This document shows, one piece after another, positions 48,750 to 62,569 of a stretch of DNA of 64,000 nucleotides. Positions within the stretch are counted from its first letter, which is position 1; every line of letters begins with the position of its first letter. The notes under the pieces were generated by a model. The model had not been told where the DNA came from and did no database searches. It saw nothing but the letters and a program-made list of their open reading frames with translations. Source of the stretch: Pristiophorus japonicus. Taxonomy: Eukaryota. Location of the stretch: assembly GCF_044704955.1 (NCBI RefSeq), contig NC_091982.1, forward strand, positions 218,984,001-219,048,000, given 5' to 3'. Both the position numbers and the translations under genes were made by a program.

Positions 48750-50962
48750 GGTAATTATGGAAATGGACAAAGATAGATCTGGAATAAAAGTTCTCAATTG
48801 TGGAAAAGCCAACTTTACTAAGCTGAGATGTGATTTAGCCAAAGTGGACTGGAAACAGCTAGTGGAAGGCAAATCAGTGTCAGAGCAGTGGGAGGCATTC
48901 AAGGAGAAGATCCTGAGGGTTCAGAACAAGTATGGTCTCTTAAAGAAAAAGGGTGAGACCAACAAATCTAGAGTGCCCTGGGTGTCAAGGGGCATACATA
49001 CAGGTTAGGATAAAAACAAAAAGGGAGGCTTGTGACAGATACTGAGGGCTCAATACTGCAGAAACCCTAGAGGACTATAGAAAGTGTAGGGGTGAAATTA
49101 AAAAGGAAATTAGGAAAACAAAGAGAAAGCATGAAAAAATGTTGGCAAGTAAAATCAAGGAAAACCCAAAGATGTTTTATAAATACATTAAGAGCAAGAA
49201 GATAACTAAAGAAAGAGTAGGGCTGATTACAGACCATGTGGAGGCAGAAGATGTAGGATTGGTTCTAAATGAATAATTTGCGTCTGTTTTCACAAAAGAT
49301 AGGGGTGATGCAGACATTGCAAACAGGGAAGGGAATGTGAAATATTAGATGAAATAAACATAGTGACGAGGAAGTATTAAGGGGTTTAGTAGCTTTGAAA
49401 GTGGATAAATCCCCAGGCTCAGGTGAAATGTATCCCATGAAGCAAAAGAGGAAATAGCAGAGGTTCTGACCATCATTTTCCAATCCACTCTGGCTACAGG
49501 TGTGATGCTAGAGGACTGGAGGACTGCTAACACTGTACCATTGTTTAAAAAGGGAGAAAGGGATAGACTGAGTAATTACAGGCCTGTCAACCTAACCTCA
49601 GTGGTGGGAAAATTAGTGGAAACAATTCTGGGGGACAGGCTAAATCTTCATTTAGAAAGACAAGGATTAATCAAGGATAGTCAGCATGGACTTGTTAAGG
49701 GAAGGTCGTGACTAACTTGATTACATTTTTTGAGGAGGTAACAAGGAGGGTCGATGAGGGTAGTGCATTTGAAATAGTGTATTTGGATTTTAGAAAGGCT
49801 TTTGATAAGGTCTCACATTGCAGACTGGTCATGAAAGTAAAAGCCCATGGGTTCCAATGCAAAGTGGCAAGTTGGATCCAAAATTGGCTCAGAGGCAGGA
49901 AGGAAAGGATAATGGTTGATTGGTGTTTCTATGACTGGAAGACTGTTTCCAGTGGGATTCCGCAGGGCTCAGTACTAGGTCCCTTGCTTTTTGTGGTATA
50001 TATCAATGATTTAGACTTGAATGTAGGGGGTACAATTAAGAAGTTTGCAGATGATACAAAAATTGGCCGTGTGGTTGATAATGAAGAAGAAAGCTGTAGA
50101 CTGCAGGAAGATATCAATGAACTGGTCAAGTGGGCAGAACAGTGGCAAATGGAATTCAATCCAGAGAAGTGTGAGGTAATGCATTTGGGGAGGGCTAACA
50201 AGGCAAGGGAATATACAATAAATGGTAGGACACTGAGAAGGGTAGAGGAACAAAGTGACCTTGGAGTGCACGTCCACAGATCCCTAAAGGTAGCAGGCCA
50301 GATAGAAAAGATGGTTAAGAAGGCATGCAGAATGCTTGCCTTTATTAGCCGAGGCATAGCACACAAGAGCCGGGAGGTTATGCTTGAACTGTACAAAACA
50401 CTAGTTAAGCCACAGCTAGAGTACTGTGTGTAGTTCTGGTCACCACATTACAGAAAAGATGTAATTGCACTAGAGAGGGTATAGAGGAGATTTACAAGGA
50501 TGTTGCCTGGACTGGAGAATTTTAGCTATGATCTAAGATTGGATAGGCTGAGGTTGTTTTCTTTGGAACAGAAAAGGCTGAGGGGAGACCTTATTGAGGT
50601 ATATAAAATTATGAGGGACCTAGATAGAGTGTATAGGAAGGACCAATTTCCCTTAGCACAGGGGTCAACAACCGGGGGCATAGATTTAAAGTAATTGGTA
50701 GGAGGTTTAGAGGGGATTTAAGGGGAAATATTTTCATCGAGGGGGTGGTGGAGATGTGGAACTCACTGCCTGAAAGGGTCGTAGAGGCAGAAAATCTCAC
50801 CACATTTAAAAAGTACTTGGATATGCACCTGAAGTGCCGTAACCTACAAGGCCACGGACCAAGAGATCACTGGAAAGCAGGATAGCTCTTTGTCGGCCGG
50901 CAAGGACACAATGGGCCGAAATGGCCTCCTTCTGTGCTGTAAATTTCTATCATTCTATGATT
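48750..50962 (+). mobile_element. CR1 LINE (ORF2 tether and RT to 3' end), decayed
   Basis: KANFTKLR, NYRPVNLTS, YLDFRKAFDKV, GIPQGSVLGP and KFADD motifs, with a TTCTATGATTCT tail. Confidence 0.93.
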
Positions 50963-52679
50963 CTCCAGTTCTGTGCACGTCAGGAGTTTGCTTTGTGAAG
51001 CTGTGCACGCCACCTGATATTCCATCCATTAAAGTTGATGAAGCAAGTCCTTGATTTTCCGTCCACTAAAGTTAATCGATGTAAAATTACAGGCTGGGGC
51101 ACGCAATTTCACAATGTGCACCCCCAACTTGTGTTCAGAATAGAGTGAAGAAAACTTATCCAATAGTGTTTTTGTTACTGCAGGTAGATAGTAAATAAAT
51201 TACACGGTTATATAAAAAACTGTGTATATGAACAATAGTTGTTTTCTAATGAATAAAATAAAAGGCAGATAGTATCATTATTTAGAAATACTATATACAG
51301 TATAAAAATGTCGCTTTGAACTTTGTGATTATTTAATGTTTCATTTTTCAAATGGTGGAATTCAAAATAAAAAGAGAAAATTCGAGAAATACACAGCAGG
51401 TCTGTAAAGGTTAAAATTTTGATTTTTTTTTTAACCTTGGTTTACTCTTTACAGATACTGATGGGCCTGCTTTATATTTCTAGCTTCTTGAATATAGAAA
51501 CAGTTTTTTTCCAAGAAAATGTTTCTTTACCTCGTCTTCAATGTTACATTAGCAGCAGGTGTCCTTGCAGTAGATGGCACAACTCTGATCTGACATTCTG
51601 CCTCAAAGACAGTTCCCCAAAGTAGTTTTGAGGTAGGTGCACCAATGCCTGCAAATAAGGTTGATGCATCATTGTGCCCTGTAAATGAATTGCCATCTAT
51701 AGCTCAGTATATAGCAACCTTGCACATCTGGGTTTCCTTGACATGGGGTGGGAAGAAAGAGAAAGAAAAAAAACAGATCTGCTGGAATTGCAAATCAATA
51801 CTGCTGCCATTCACAAACAGCAACTATCAGAAGCTAGTAAAGTCTAGATTTCGACTACCAGAAATTCAAGCAGAACTGTTGCACTTGCAGATTTACTGGA
51901 GTGAATTTTCACTTGCATTGCCGAGCAGGAATCAGGCAGAAGTGGATCTGCTGCTTGTCTTACACCCCACCCGATTTTCACCTCCCTTGAAATCAATGGG
52001 AACAAAAGTTGGGTGGAGTATAGAAATGGCAGCCTGGTGAGTGAAAATTAATTTGGGTGAAAAATGATACAACTATAAGAACTGCTACAACAATTTAAAG
52101 AACAGAACCACAAGATTACCAATGCCATGTAATGAAACTGTTGCATAAAAGTAACCACAGTAGCAATCAGATTCCATGGATTACATATTGCTTCATTTAT
52201 AAAACATCTGAAAGTGAATTCAAGGTGTAACTATGAACTGCAAATATCAGTCTATATAACTGCTCCTCTGCCTAGACATAATCCCAGTCTTCTATTCCAA
52301 TTTCTCTAACAGCAACTCATTTCGTCAGTCTACAGCTCATGGTGTCCTGCCAAACATGAATTCCCACTCCACACTATATATAACTGAACTCACTTCCACA
52401 TTTCATCAGAATGCTAAGTAAATTTAAACCGGTGCTGAAGTTATGACAGTTGCTCAGTAGCTGCTTATTTTCAGATTACAAAATAATCCCATACCAAACT
52501 GCATTCAAATGATTTTGTTGTAATTAAGCCATTAGTCAAGACAGATGTTCACTGCATGAGTTCACAAACACAAATGCAGTTGCTGTTTTTCCAATTTAGC
52601 AACTGCTAGCTCATTTACAGATGCTGATAAATGTTAGTGTTGGGCTTATGCTGAAGCAGATTCAAATCAGCTAAAGTGA

Positions 52680-53630
52680 TCATAGAATCATACAGCAAAG
52701 AAGGAGGCCATTCGGCCCATCGTGCCTGTGCCAGCTCTTTGGTAGAGCTATCCAATTAATCCCACTTCCCTGCTCTTTCCCCATAGCACTGCAATGTTTT
52801 TTTTTTCCCATTCAAGTAGTTATCCAATTCTCTTTTGAATGTTACTATTGAATCTGCTTCCATCCCCCTTTCAGGCAGTGCATTCCAGATCACAACAACG
52901 ACCTGCGAAAAAAAATGTTTCCTCATGTCACCTCTGGTTCTTTTGCCAATCACCTTAAGTCTGTATCCTCTGGTTACCAAACCTTCTGCCACTGGAAACA
53001 GTGTTTCCTTATTTACTCTATCAAAACCATTCATGATTCTGATCACCTCTATCAAATCTCCTCTTAACATTCTCTGCTCTAAGGAGAACAACCCCAGCTT
53101 CTCTGGTCTCTCCACATAACTGAAGTCCCTCATCCCTGGCATCATTCTAGTAAATCCTTTTGCACCCTCTCCAAGGCCTTGACCTTCTTCCTAAAGTGTA
53201 GTGCCCAGAATTGAACACAATACTCCAGCTGAGGCCTAACCAGTGTTTTATAAAGGTTGAACTTAACTCCCTTGTTTTTTACTCTATGCCTCTATTTATG
53301 AAGCTAAGGATCCCATAAGCTTTTTTATCAACCTTTTCAACTTATCCTACCACCATCAAAGATTTGTGTACATACATCCCCAGGTATCTCTGTTCCTGCA
53401 CACACTTTAAAATGGTACCATTTGGTTCATACCATTGTCCTCATTCTTCCTACCAAAATGTATCATTTCACTCTTCGCTATGTTAAATTGAATTTGCCAT
53501 GTGTCTGTCTATGTCCTCCTGAAGTCTGTTACTATCCACCTCATTGATTGCTGCATTTCTGAGTTTCGTATGATCTGCAAATTTTGAAATTATGCCCTGT
53601 ATACACAAGTCCAAGTCATTAATATATATA
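52680..53630 (-). mobile_element. CR1 3' fragment
   Basis: YINDLD..KFADH, LRGDLIEV and IWNALPE motifs. The tail reads CATAGAATCATA on the plus strand. Confidence 0.88.
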
Positions 53631-55116
53631 GCCATCCTGGGCTCCTCCCCCTCCATGATCACAACTCCCCCCCCCATACTCTCCAACAGGACTTTCCTTG
53701 CCAGATGGGTGGTCTCCGGCCTCCCAATATTGTGCCAGCTCAAATCCAGTGAGCTTCTTCGGGACCTCCATTTGAGGCAGGCAGCTCACTGGTTCTATTT
53801 AAATAAGGCCTGACACAAAATGTTCTGTGCCTCCCACTTCGCTTCCCAGGAAAATGTTGGCAGATAATGGAAGTTGCATTTTTTTTAACCTTACCAAAAG
53901 TAGTTATTTGACTTTTAACCTCAGGTAATAAACCATGAAATGTATTTTAGTATATGGTGGGAGTTTTACAGAGGGTTAGAATACAATTGCAACAGGAAAG
54001 TTGAAAAAGAATCAAAAAATAGAGGTGATTCTGCTGCTTCCTACAAGTTGTGAACAATTTTGTTTTCTACTCACCAAATTGGAAAAAAGAAAAAAAAACT
54101 GTCTCCAGTTAACTAGTGGAATGTTCCAACCTTGATTTTAATGAATTACAACTTGTCTGAATGTAGAAGGTGAAAGGCTGGAATGTCTGGACTGCTAGAA
54201 ACTCACTCTGGGTAGTGGGTTTGTTTATTGAAATTCTCTTTTCTCAGCATGTTATGACATAACACAAACAGTACTTTGGGGAAGTCAGACCAAATGATTA
54301 GTCTACGGTTTGTGAAGAGTGCCAAAGGATTGACCACAATATACAAGGTAGCCATGAGGTGTGATTTTTTTTTAGTGGTTAATGCTTCCTTTCATAACAG
54401 ACGAGCAATCATAGTCATAGACTAACTTTAATGAAGGGGTACTATCAGAAAGGCATTGGCAGTACTGCTGCTGATTGAACTTTTATAAAGGTCCATGAGC
54501 AACCTCCCCCAATTGTTATTTATTTTATTTCCATTCATAAAAATAATTGACCTTTGAAAAGGATAATGTGACATTTTGAAGGTCTATAATCCAATTGTAT
54601 TTTATGTATGGATGTAATGATTACATTTGTCCTTGAGGGATTAAGGAAAGATGTTGAAAATACCTATAACTTGATACAGCTGATGAGAATCTTTTTTTCA
54701 ACCCCCTTATTCACCACTGAATGCCAACTAAATTTATGCTCCCACTGAGCTCAAATTTACTTTTACAGTTACAACACTTTACCCACTACTGCTATTCATA
54801 GTCAGTGTTACATTGCCATTAGGTAGCATTCATGGTCATTTTACCTCAACAAAGTATACCCCTTTCTCCTAAATTTTCTAGTTTTGTTTCTGCTGCCATT
54901 TTCATGCCTTCAACTACATGTTATGCTTCCTATCTTTTGTGTTTTTGTCCACTAATGGAGGTAATTCTGGCCCATTCTCTGTAACACAGGTAAACTCTTT
55001 CTAAGATACAATGGGTTGAACTTCTGTATCTCTCACTCTTCATTGTGATTGCAGGTTTTCAGAAAGTCAGCGAGCATTTCAGCAATGCTGTCTTCTGGTA
55101 ATAACCATCACTTCTT

Positions 55117-56010
55117 ACATTGAAAATAGGTGCAGGAGTAGGCCATTCGGCCCTTCGACCTGCACCGCCATTCAATAAGATCATGGCTGATCATTCCCTC
55201 AGTACCACCTTCCTGCTTTCTCTCCATACCCCTTGATCCTTTTAGCCGTAAAGGCCATATCTAACTCCCTCTTGAATATATCCAATGAACTGGCATCAAC
55301 AGCTCTCTGCGGTAGGGAATTCCACAGGTTAACAACTCTCTGAGTGAAGAAGTTTCTCCTCATCTCAGTCCTAAATGGCTTACCCCTTATCCTAAGACTA
55401 TGTCCCCTGGTTCTGGATTTCCCCAACATCGGGAACATTCTTCCTGCATCAAACCTGTCCAGTCCTGTCAGAATTTTATATGTTTCTATGAGATCCCCTC
55501 TCATCCTTCTAAACTCCAGTGAATACAGGCCCAGTCGATCCAGTCTCTCCTCATATGTCAGTCCTGCCATCCCGGGAATCAGTCTGATGAACCTTCGCTG
55601 CACTCCCTCAATAGCAAAAATGTCCTTCCTTAGATTAGGACACCAAAATTGAACACAATATTCCAGGTGAGGCCTCACTAAGGCCCTGTACAACTGCAGC
55701 AAGACCTCCCTGCTCCTATACTCAAATCCCCTAGCTATGAAGGCCAACATGCCATTTCCTTCTTCACCGCCTGCTGTACCTGCATGCCAACTTTCAATGA
55801 CTGATATACCATGACACCCAGATCTCGTTGCACCTCCCCTTTTCCTAATCTGCCGCCATTCAGATAATATTCTGCCTTCGTGTTTTTGCCACCAAAGTAG
55901 ATAACCTCACATTTATCCACATTATACTGCATCTGCCATGCGTTTGCCCACTCACCTAACCTGTCCAAGTCACCCTGCAGCCTCTTAGCATCCTCCTCAC
56001 AGCTCACACC
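55117..56010 (-). mobile_element. Young CR1 3' fragment
   Basis: ORFs 55735-56007 and 55199-55750 (LVRPHLEYCVQFW, FFTQRVVNLWNSLP) and a 3' UTR. Confidence 0.93.
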
Positions 56011-56039
56011 CAGCTTGAGCAGAGCTTTGGGTAAAAATA

Positions 56040-59000
56040 GAGAGAAAAGATCTTAGCTCAGAAAATCAAGAAGTAGAATCAGTTTGGGTGGAGCTAAGAA
56101 AAAGCAAGAGGCAGAAAACATTGGTGGGAGTTGTTTATAGACCCCTAAACAGTAGTTGTAATGTAGGGCAGAGTATAAATCAGGAAATTAGAGGCGCATG
56201 TAACAAGAGTAATACAATAATCATGGGGGACTTTAATCTACATATAGACTGGGCAAACCAGGATATCGCACACATACCTGATGGGCGTGGTCTCCAAGAT
56301 GGGGTTCGGGGAGGGTATCCGCAATTGGATCCGACTGCTCTACATAGACATCAATAGCACAGTTCTAATCAACGGGTGGGAAACTGAAAGTTTTCCGATC
56401 AGCTCTGGAGTCAGGCAAGGCTGTCCCCTCTCCTCTGTCTTGTTTGTGTGCTGTATCGAGCCCTTTCCCGAGTCCATCAGGAAGGACGCGGGCGTTAGGG
56501 GAGTGACAATCCCAGGCAGCGGAGGCGCTCAGGTCAAGACCTCCCTGTACATGGACGACATCGCCGTCTTTTGCTCGGATCCGCAGTCGGTCCGCGGATT
56601 GCTCACAATCTGCGACCAGTTTGAACTGGCCTCGGGGGAGAAGGTTAATCGCAGCAAAAGCGAGGCCATGTTCCTTGGAAGCTGGGCCGACCGATCCTTT
56701 ATTCCCTTCACCGTGAAGCCAGATTACCCGAAGGTGTTGGGAATATGGTTCGGAGCGGACAGGATGTGCGCCAAAAACTGGAAAGAACGTATCGCTAAAG
56801 CCAAACAGAAACTGGGATGGTGGAAGCTGCATCCCTTCTCCATTGCAGGAAAGAACCTGGTCATCAGGAGTGAGGTGCTCTTGGTGTTGTTGTACGTGGC
56901 ACAGGTCTGGCCCATACCCCGCTCCTCTGCCATGGCAGTCACCCAAGATGTCTTCCATTTCGTCTGGAGATCGAAAATGGACAGTGTCCGCAGAGACACG
57001 ATGTACAAATCTCTGGACAAGGGGGAAAGGATGTTCCGAACGTGGCCCACCTTTGTGTGCGGCTGCATCAAGCTGTGCATAGACCCTTCATAAGCAAACA
57101 CCAAGTGTCAGTACGTGCTGAGATTCTATCTGTCCCTGGTGTTGCGAAGGATGGGTCTGGCCAGGCTGCCACAGAACGCTCCAACTAGTTGGACCATGCT
57201 CCACCAGCTGTCCTTCGTGGAAAAGGTTTTCAAGAAAATCACCTTTGACCACAAGGCCATAAAGCAGTGGTCGGCACGCAAGGTTCTGGACGCCCTACGA
57301 AAGAAGGAGATGATGGATCCCGTCCAGCGTTTCCACGAGCAGACTGTCGAACAGATTTGGCAGAATGTCTCATCGCCAGAGCTTTCATGCAAGCACCAAG
57401 ATGTAGCTTGGTTGGCGGTGAGAAGGGCCCTACCCATCAGATTCTTCATGCACAGCCAGGGTTTCAGAGACATGGCACTCTGCCCTCGAGTTGGCTGTGG
57501 TGTGGACGAGACTGTCATCCATCTCCTTCGGGATTTCCCCTTTGCAAGGCAGGTCTGGAAGGAGATGCAGTGGTTGCTGTCGAGGTTCATCCCAAGCAGC
57601 TCCATAACACAGGACTCTGTGCTCTGCGGACTGTTCCCAGGGACACACACCGAGACAGACATCATCTGCTGCTGGAGAGCCATCAACTCGGTGAAAGACG
57701 CACTTTGGTCTTCCCGAGACTTGCTGGTCTTCCAGAGCAAGGAGATGTCCACGGCCGAGTGTTGCAGACTGACGCAATCCAAGGTCCAGGAGTACGCGCT
57801 AAAGGACGCACTAAAGATTGGTGCAGTCACCGCAAAGGCACGATGGGGAAGAGCCACAGTTTCAGGCCCTTCCGCCATGGTAAACCCAGGGGATGGAATC
57901 AGACCCCCCTCAGCCTGTACGTGTTAATCTGCTTGTATACATAGAGCACCATGTACTGAAAAACACCTGTGTTGTGCCATGTATAATGAAAGTCTCTGCA
58001 CTGTTTAGTAACTTGTAAAGAAATGTAAATGTATTCCATCCGTTCCGTATACTGCTTTCATCTGCATAGTGCTACATGTAACATGATTCGTGATTGGTAT
58101 TGAAATGTATACTGGAATGTAATGTAAACCTGTTCTCATCTTCTCCATGTAATACCCTTACGTGCACAGTACTACATGTAACGTGATTTACGGATTGCAC
58201 TAAACTGTAACTTGAAATGAAAGCACGCTAGTGCATTGTATGGAAACTGCTGTCACCATCCAAATGAATTGTATGGAATTGCTGACCGCAAGACACTGAA
58301 CTATTTTCCAATGTATTGTGAAAATTTTACATGAATAAAGTATATATTTTTTTTTAAAATAGACTGGGCAAACCAAATTTGCAGTAATAATGTGGAGGAT
58401 GAATTCATGGAATGTATACAAGATAGTTTTCTAGATCAGTATGTTGAGGAACCAACTAGGGAACAGGCTATTTTAGATCTAGTATTGTGCAATGAGAAAA
58501 TTACTTTGTAGTAAAGGGGCCCTTAGGGAAGAATGACCATAATATAATTCAATTTTATATTAAGTTTGAAAGCGATTTAGTTAAATCCAAAACTAGGGTC
58601 TTAAATCTAAACAAAACAAACTATGTAGGTGTGAGGGGCGAGTTGGCTGAGGATTAAAAGGTATGAGGGTGGACAAACAATGGCTAGCATTTAAAGAATG
58701 AATACATAATTTACAACAAATATACATTCCTTTAAGGCATAAAAAGCCCACGGGAAAAGTAGTCCAACTGTGGCAAACAAGAGAAGGAAAAATAGTATTA
58801 GATCAAAGGAAGAGACTTATATTGCCAAAAAGAGCAGTAAGCCTGAGGATTGGTAGGATTTTAGAATACAGCAAAGGAGAACCAAGAAATTGATAAAGAA
58901 AGGGAAAATAGAATATGAGAGTAACCTAACGAGAGACATAAAAACAGACTGTAAAAGCCTCTATAGGTATGTAAAAAGGAAAAGGTAAATGTGAGTCCCT

Positions 59001-59085
59001 TGCAGGCTAAGACCGGAGAAATTATAATGGGGAATAAGGAAATGGCAGAGAAATTAAATAAATACTTTGTGTCTATCTTCACAGC
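56040..59085 (+). mobile_element. CR1 ORF2 endonuclease/tether region split by Tx1
   Basis: LVGVVYRP..IIMGDFNLHIDWANQ resumes after 58375 with YVEEPTREQAILDLV, and later AEKLNKYFVSIFT. Confidence 0.88.
56261..58358 (+). mobile_element. 5'-truncated Tx1-like (L1 superclade) LINE
   Basis: SGVRQGCPLS and LYMDD motifs, a C-terminal CPRVGC..ETVIHLL finger, AATAAA at 58334, and a 17-bp TSD ATAGACTGGGCAAACCA (56244-56260 and 58359-58375). Confidence 0.94.
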
Positions 59086-59394
59086 GCTAATGGAGCACAT
59101 ACGATTTCTCGCTTGGTTTCGGGGTGTGGGGTGGGTGTGCTACCGGCTCCCACAAAATTGTGCAGGAGCTAACGGAGGAGCAAACCGGTAGCACCCTGGG
59201 CCGCTGAGCCGCCGATGATGACATTATCGCCATGCACAGCAAAACATAATTAAATCAGCACACAATGTTTGTATTTTGACAACAAATGATAGGTTTTCAC
59301 TTTATTCATCTGGAGCTTTTATGACAGGCTATGAAAATTGAGAAGCATTAAAAAAATGAAAACTAAGCCAAATAACCTTCTCTAATGATTCCGT

Positions 59395-60700
59395 TAGTCG
59401 GTGCGCTCATAAGTGTAGAGCTGAGCCATACAGATCAAGATGGTCCTCGGTTCAATTCCAAGTCAGTGCTGAATTCCCTGATCTCAGGAAGGATGGCTGT
59501 GAGGTGTTGCAATTAGGTGGCGGGGATGTTAGTCAAAGCTCCTGCTTCGAATTGGTCTCCAGTAACCCTTACTGAAAAGTGTGCATGTGGACATCGGGAT
59601 AGGACAGCAATATCTTGTCTGTGCTACTCTACTCCCCATCTCCTCAAATGGCTCGGTGCACACATGAAGGATAATCACTTGGTGCCTACAATTTAAAATT
59701 GCAGTTGGGAGGGTTGAGGCAGGAGGCCAACAGGAAAGTCTCCCACTAACTTTAACTGCTTCCCTGCTCGGTTTCCACTGGCTGGTGGGGGGAGGTTGGC
59801 TTGGATTTTGCAGCCAGCAATGACCAAATGGCACCAGCCGTTCATTACAGTTACACTTGCCCACAGAATTTTTATGGGCTTTTGCACTGGAATTTGTGGT
59901 GATTAGAAATCCTAAACAACACAGTACCCTCTATCGGGGATCTGGGACCTATGTGAACAGGTCAAGCCACTGTGCATCTCCTTAACCTATAAGATTGAAG
60001 AATTCTTAATGAACAGTGCAGAGTCTAAACCAGGAAATATATGTTAGAATATTTAATTCAATTTCCAATCATCTACAGAAAGCGAAATAAAGAGAAGGAA
60101 AGCAAAATGGGTTTAAGAGAGAGAGATAAAAAAGGCAGAAAGAAAACGTTCTTTTTATTAATTTTTTTAAATCTCTAACAATAATTAAAATTTGAAGAAA
60201 TGAGACTCCACACTTGTAAAAGTTAATTTTCAGTGCCAGAGAAATTGTTTGGCAGGCATTAAGACTTATCATGCCATTAAAAAACACATACACTAGAATG
60301 GAGAAGCTCTAACCTTTTCTGGTGAGTTTAATGGGTATCTAGTGGGTAAGTACAGCAATTTCACACATTCCATGTGTTTCAATGGCGAGTCTCTGAGCGA
60401 GATACCATGGAGTGAAGTTTCTGGAGGAGTAGGGCAACGCAGACAACAACTTCCTGATTTCCACATGAGCAATTGTGCATGTGCAGTCGCCAGATTTTGC
60501 TTTCGATTTACTCTTTAATAGCGTTGAGCGCTGATTGCCTCACCATTATTTTTAGCACAAAATCCAGGCCAATATAATTTCCCATCACTCTCAAGACACT
60601 CAAATGAAGAATGGTTACTTGGGTGAGGTATTGTAGGGCTGTTTATGCCAGTGAATATATACTCTAGGAAGAAGTCACCACCTTCAGGAGACGGGGGGAA
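59395..60700 (+). mobile_element. Ancient SINE (second family) pieces flanking MITE insertions
   Basis: Head GAGCCATACAGA..GGTTCAATTCC at 59423-59459 and tail AAGAATGGTTACTTGGG..CTTCAGGAG at 60608-60690. Confidence 0.55.
59884..60570. mobile_element. Old Harbinger-like MITE
   Basis: Imperfect TIRs GCACTGGAATTTGTG / CACAAAATCCAGGCC. Confidence 0.55.
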
Positions 60701-60894
60701 ACTAAATAGGAAGTTGTTTTTGTATCAATGTCTAATGAACAATCAGACTGAACAGCGCCAACTTTTATTGATGTCTGACTACACAGACATGACGCAGAAA
60801 TTGAATTCTTACAGTTGTATCATTTTAACCACTTTATTGTTTTTGTGAAAGGGGGCTCCACCCTATCTTCCGGACATATAAATAGAGTTGTTTT

Positions 60895-61750
60895 GATGAA
60901 GAAGAAGTGGTTCAGCGAGTCTAGCCAGTGAGTCGATATGTCTGACAGATCGGGATAGCTCGAGGGTCATTCCCAAGTCTATACTGCTTTTCTTGATCTC
61001 AGCCAAGGCAGTGGTGTGGGCATGATAATTGGCATCGCCATCCATCAGCTAGGTCTGCGCAACCCCCGGCCTGCGAGCACCATCGAAGCAGGTGGGGAGC
61101 AGAAGGAGCAGCGTGGAGGCACACCACTCCAAGGAGCAGCACGTGCTGGAGCAAGAGAGCAATAGCAGTGAAGAGTGATGTCATCAAGGTCCAGGTTGGT
61201 GATTGGAGCGTGGGCAGGTACAGCAGGAGCGGCGAGGACGGGGCGAAGGAGCGGCGAGGTCGGGGCGAAGGAGCAGCGAGAGACTGTAGAGGGACGTGAT
61301 CAGAGCCTAGGAGAGGCATGAGTTTGGGGCCCAGAAGAGGCGAGGGCCCAGGGGCAGCACGTACCAGCCCACACTGTGATATGTGTGCACACTTGGTCTG
61401 TGCAGCAGAACTGGTCTCCAGTCGTCTTGGTTAATCCTTGCTACTGGACCAAGACCTAGCTCTGTCAAGCCCGTGTGGTGGCTGGGGTGCAACGGCCACC
61501 AAACGTTAAAAAAAATCCACGCACAGGCATCTTCCACCCTTCAAGATTTAGTTTGGATCTGGAATTTTAGGTCCATCATTGAAACACCTGTGAACTTTTT
61601 GATGTGGAAGCAAGTCATCCTCGATTTGAGGGACTGCCTATGATGATGATGATGGGAGAAAATAATTGCCTTGGATTCCCACTCCTGATCACTGCTCGGT
61701 GACACCTGCTATAAATCTGCAGCTGTGGATATCGGGTGAGGCTAGGATCG
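60895..61750 (+). mobile_element. Ancient SINE (second family) split by an RTE-tailed element
   Basis: TGATCTCAGCC..GCTAGG lies left of 61054, and GGAGAAAAT..CTCCTGATC..GGGTGAGGCTAGGATCGG lies right of 61654. Confidence 0.55.
61054..61654 (+). mobile_element. Non-coding non-autonomous retroelement with an RTE 3' end
   Basis: The last ~50 nt (GTGGAAGCAAGTCATCCTCGATTTGAGGGACTGCCTATGATGATG) match the RTE end at 7638-7687. The rest has no RT similarity. Confidence 0.75.
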
Positions 61751-62206
61751 GGTAGCACCCTGCTCCGCTGTTGTCATCACCGTGCGCAGTGACCCGTTTT
61801 CACCCGGAACGAAAATTCACTAACACCCCCTAAAGCTGCCCAGGGTGAAGCCAGAAGGCTGTAGGCTGCTCGTGGGACAAAAATTAAAGGGGAGATGGTG
61901 ATTTTATAATTAAAAAGGCCGATTTAACGGTTGCGGCCTTCTTCCTGTTGGATCACGGGGTCCATGCCACGATCTTGCAGCCCGGCACTCCGCTTGTGTG
62001 CCGAGCTGCTGCCATGGCACACCGCTCCCCGGTGGTCCAGAGATGGCCCTGTTTCTCACACGCAGTGTCGGCAGCTTGGCCCTCCTCTTTAATGAAGGAG
62101 CGTGCCCTGTCTATGTGGCAGCGCTACACGTCCCACTCCAGCGGAGGAATTCCTGCCTCGCAGATGTTACTGCCCCCCAAACGGGGTGCTCCCCAATTTT
62201 GCCCCC
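61751..62206. mobile_element. Harbinger-like MITE fragment
   Basis: GGTAGCACCCTG is shared with 59186-59197, and the block ends in CCCAATTTTGCCCCC. Confidence 0.5.
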
Positions 62207-62569
62207 ATTTTTTGCAAACTGAAAAATAGTGAGTGGAATATTACATAAACCTTTTGGTCCATACCTTTCAGAAGTCGGGCAGTATTAAAGATAATTCAAT
62301 AAATATTTGCTGCTTTGATATGGAGGGGTTGGAGAGGTTGGAGAAGCACTGTTGCAGCCAAGAAGTGCTTTGCTTCCTCTCCCTCAGAACTATTTACAAT
62401 ATCGGGAGAATTGTTCATCTTTACAATATGGAATTCAGGCACCCCGCCACCCTCACCAATTTCTCCACTTCCGTCGCCATCCAAAGGCAGGACTTCCTTG
62501 CCCTGGGATGCATTCCTGCCACCGACTGGGTAGAGATAAAAGTTATTTCCCACAGCTAAGCTAGTTTGT

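Noticed and set aside
56365-57944. Long overlapping or antisense ORFs (197, 250, 225 aa)
   Set aside because: They are alternate frames of the Tx1 ORF2.
62290-62540. Possible LINE C-terminal remnant or host exon
   Set aside because: No diagnostic motif or convincing splice sites could be recognised.
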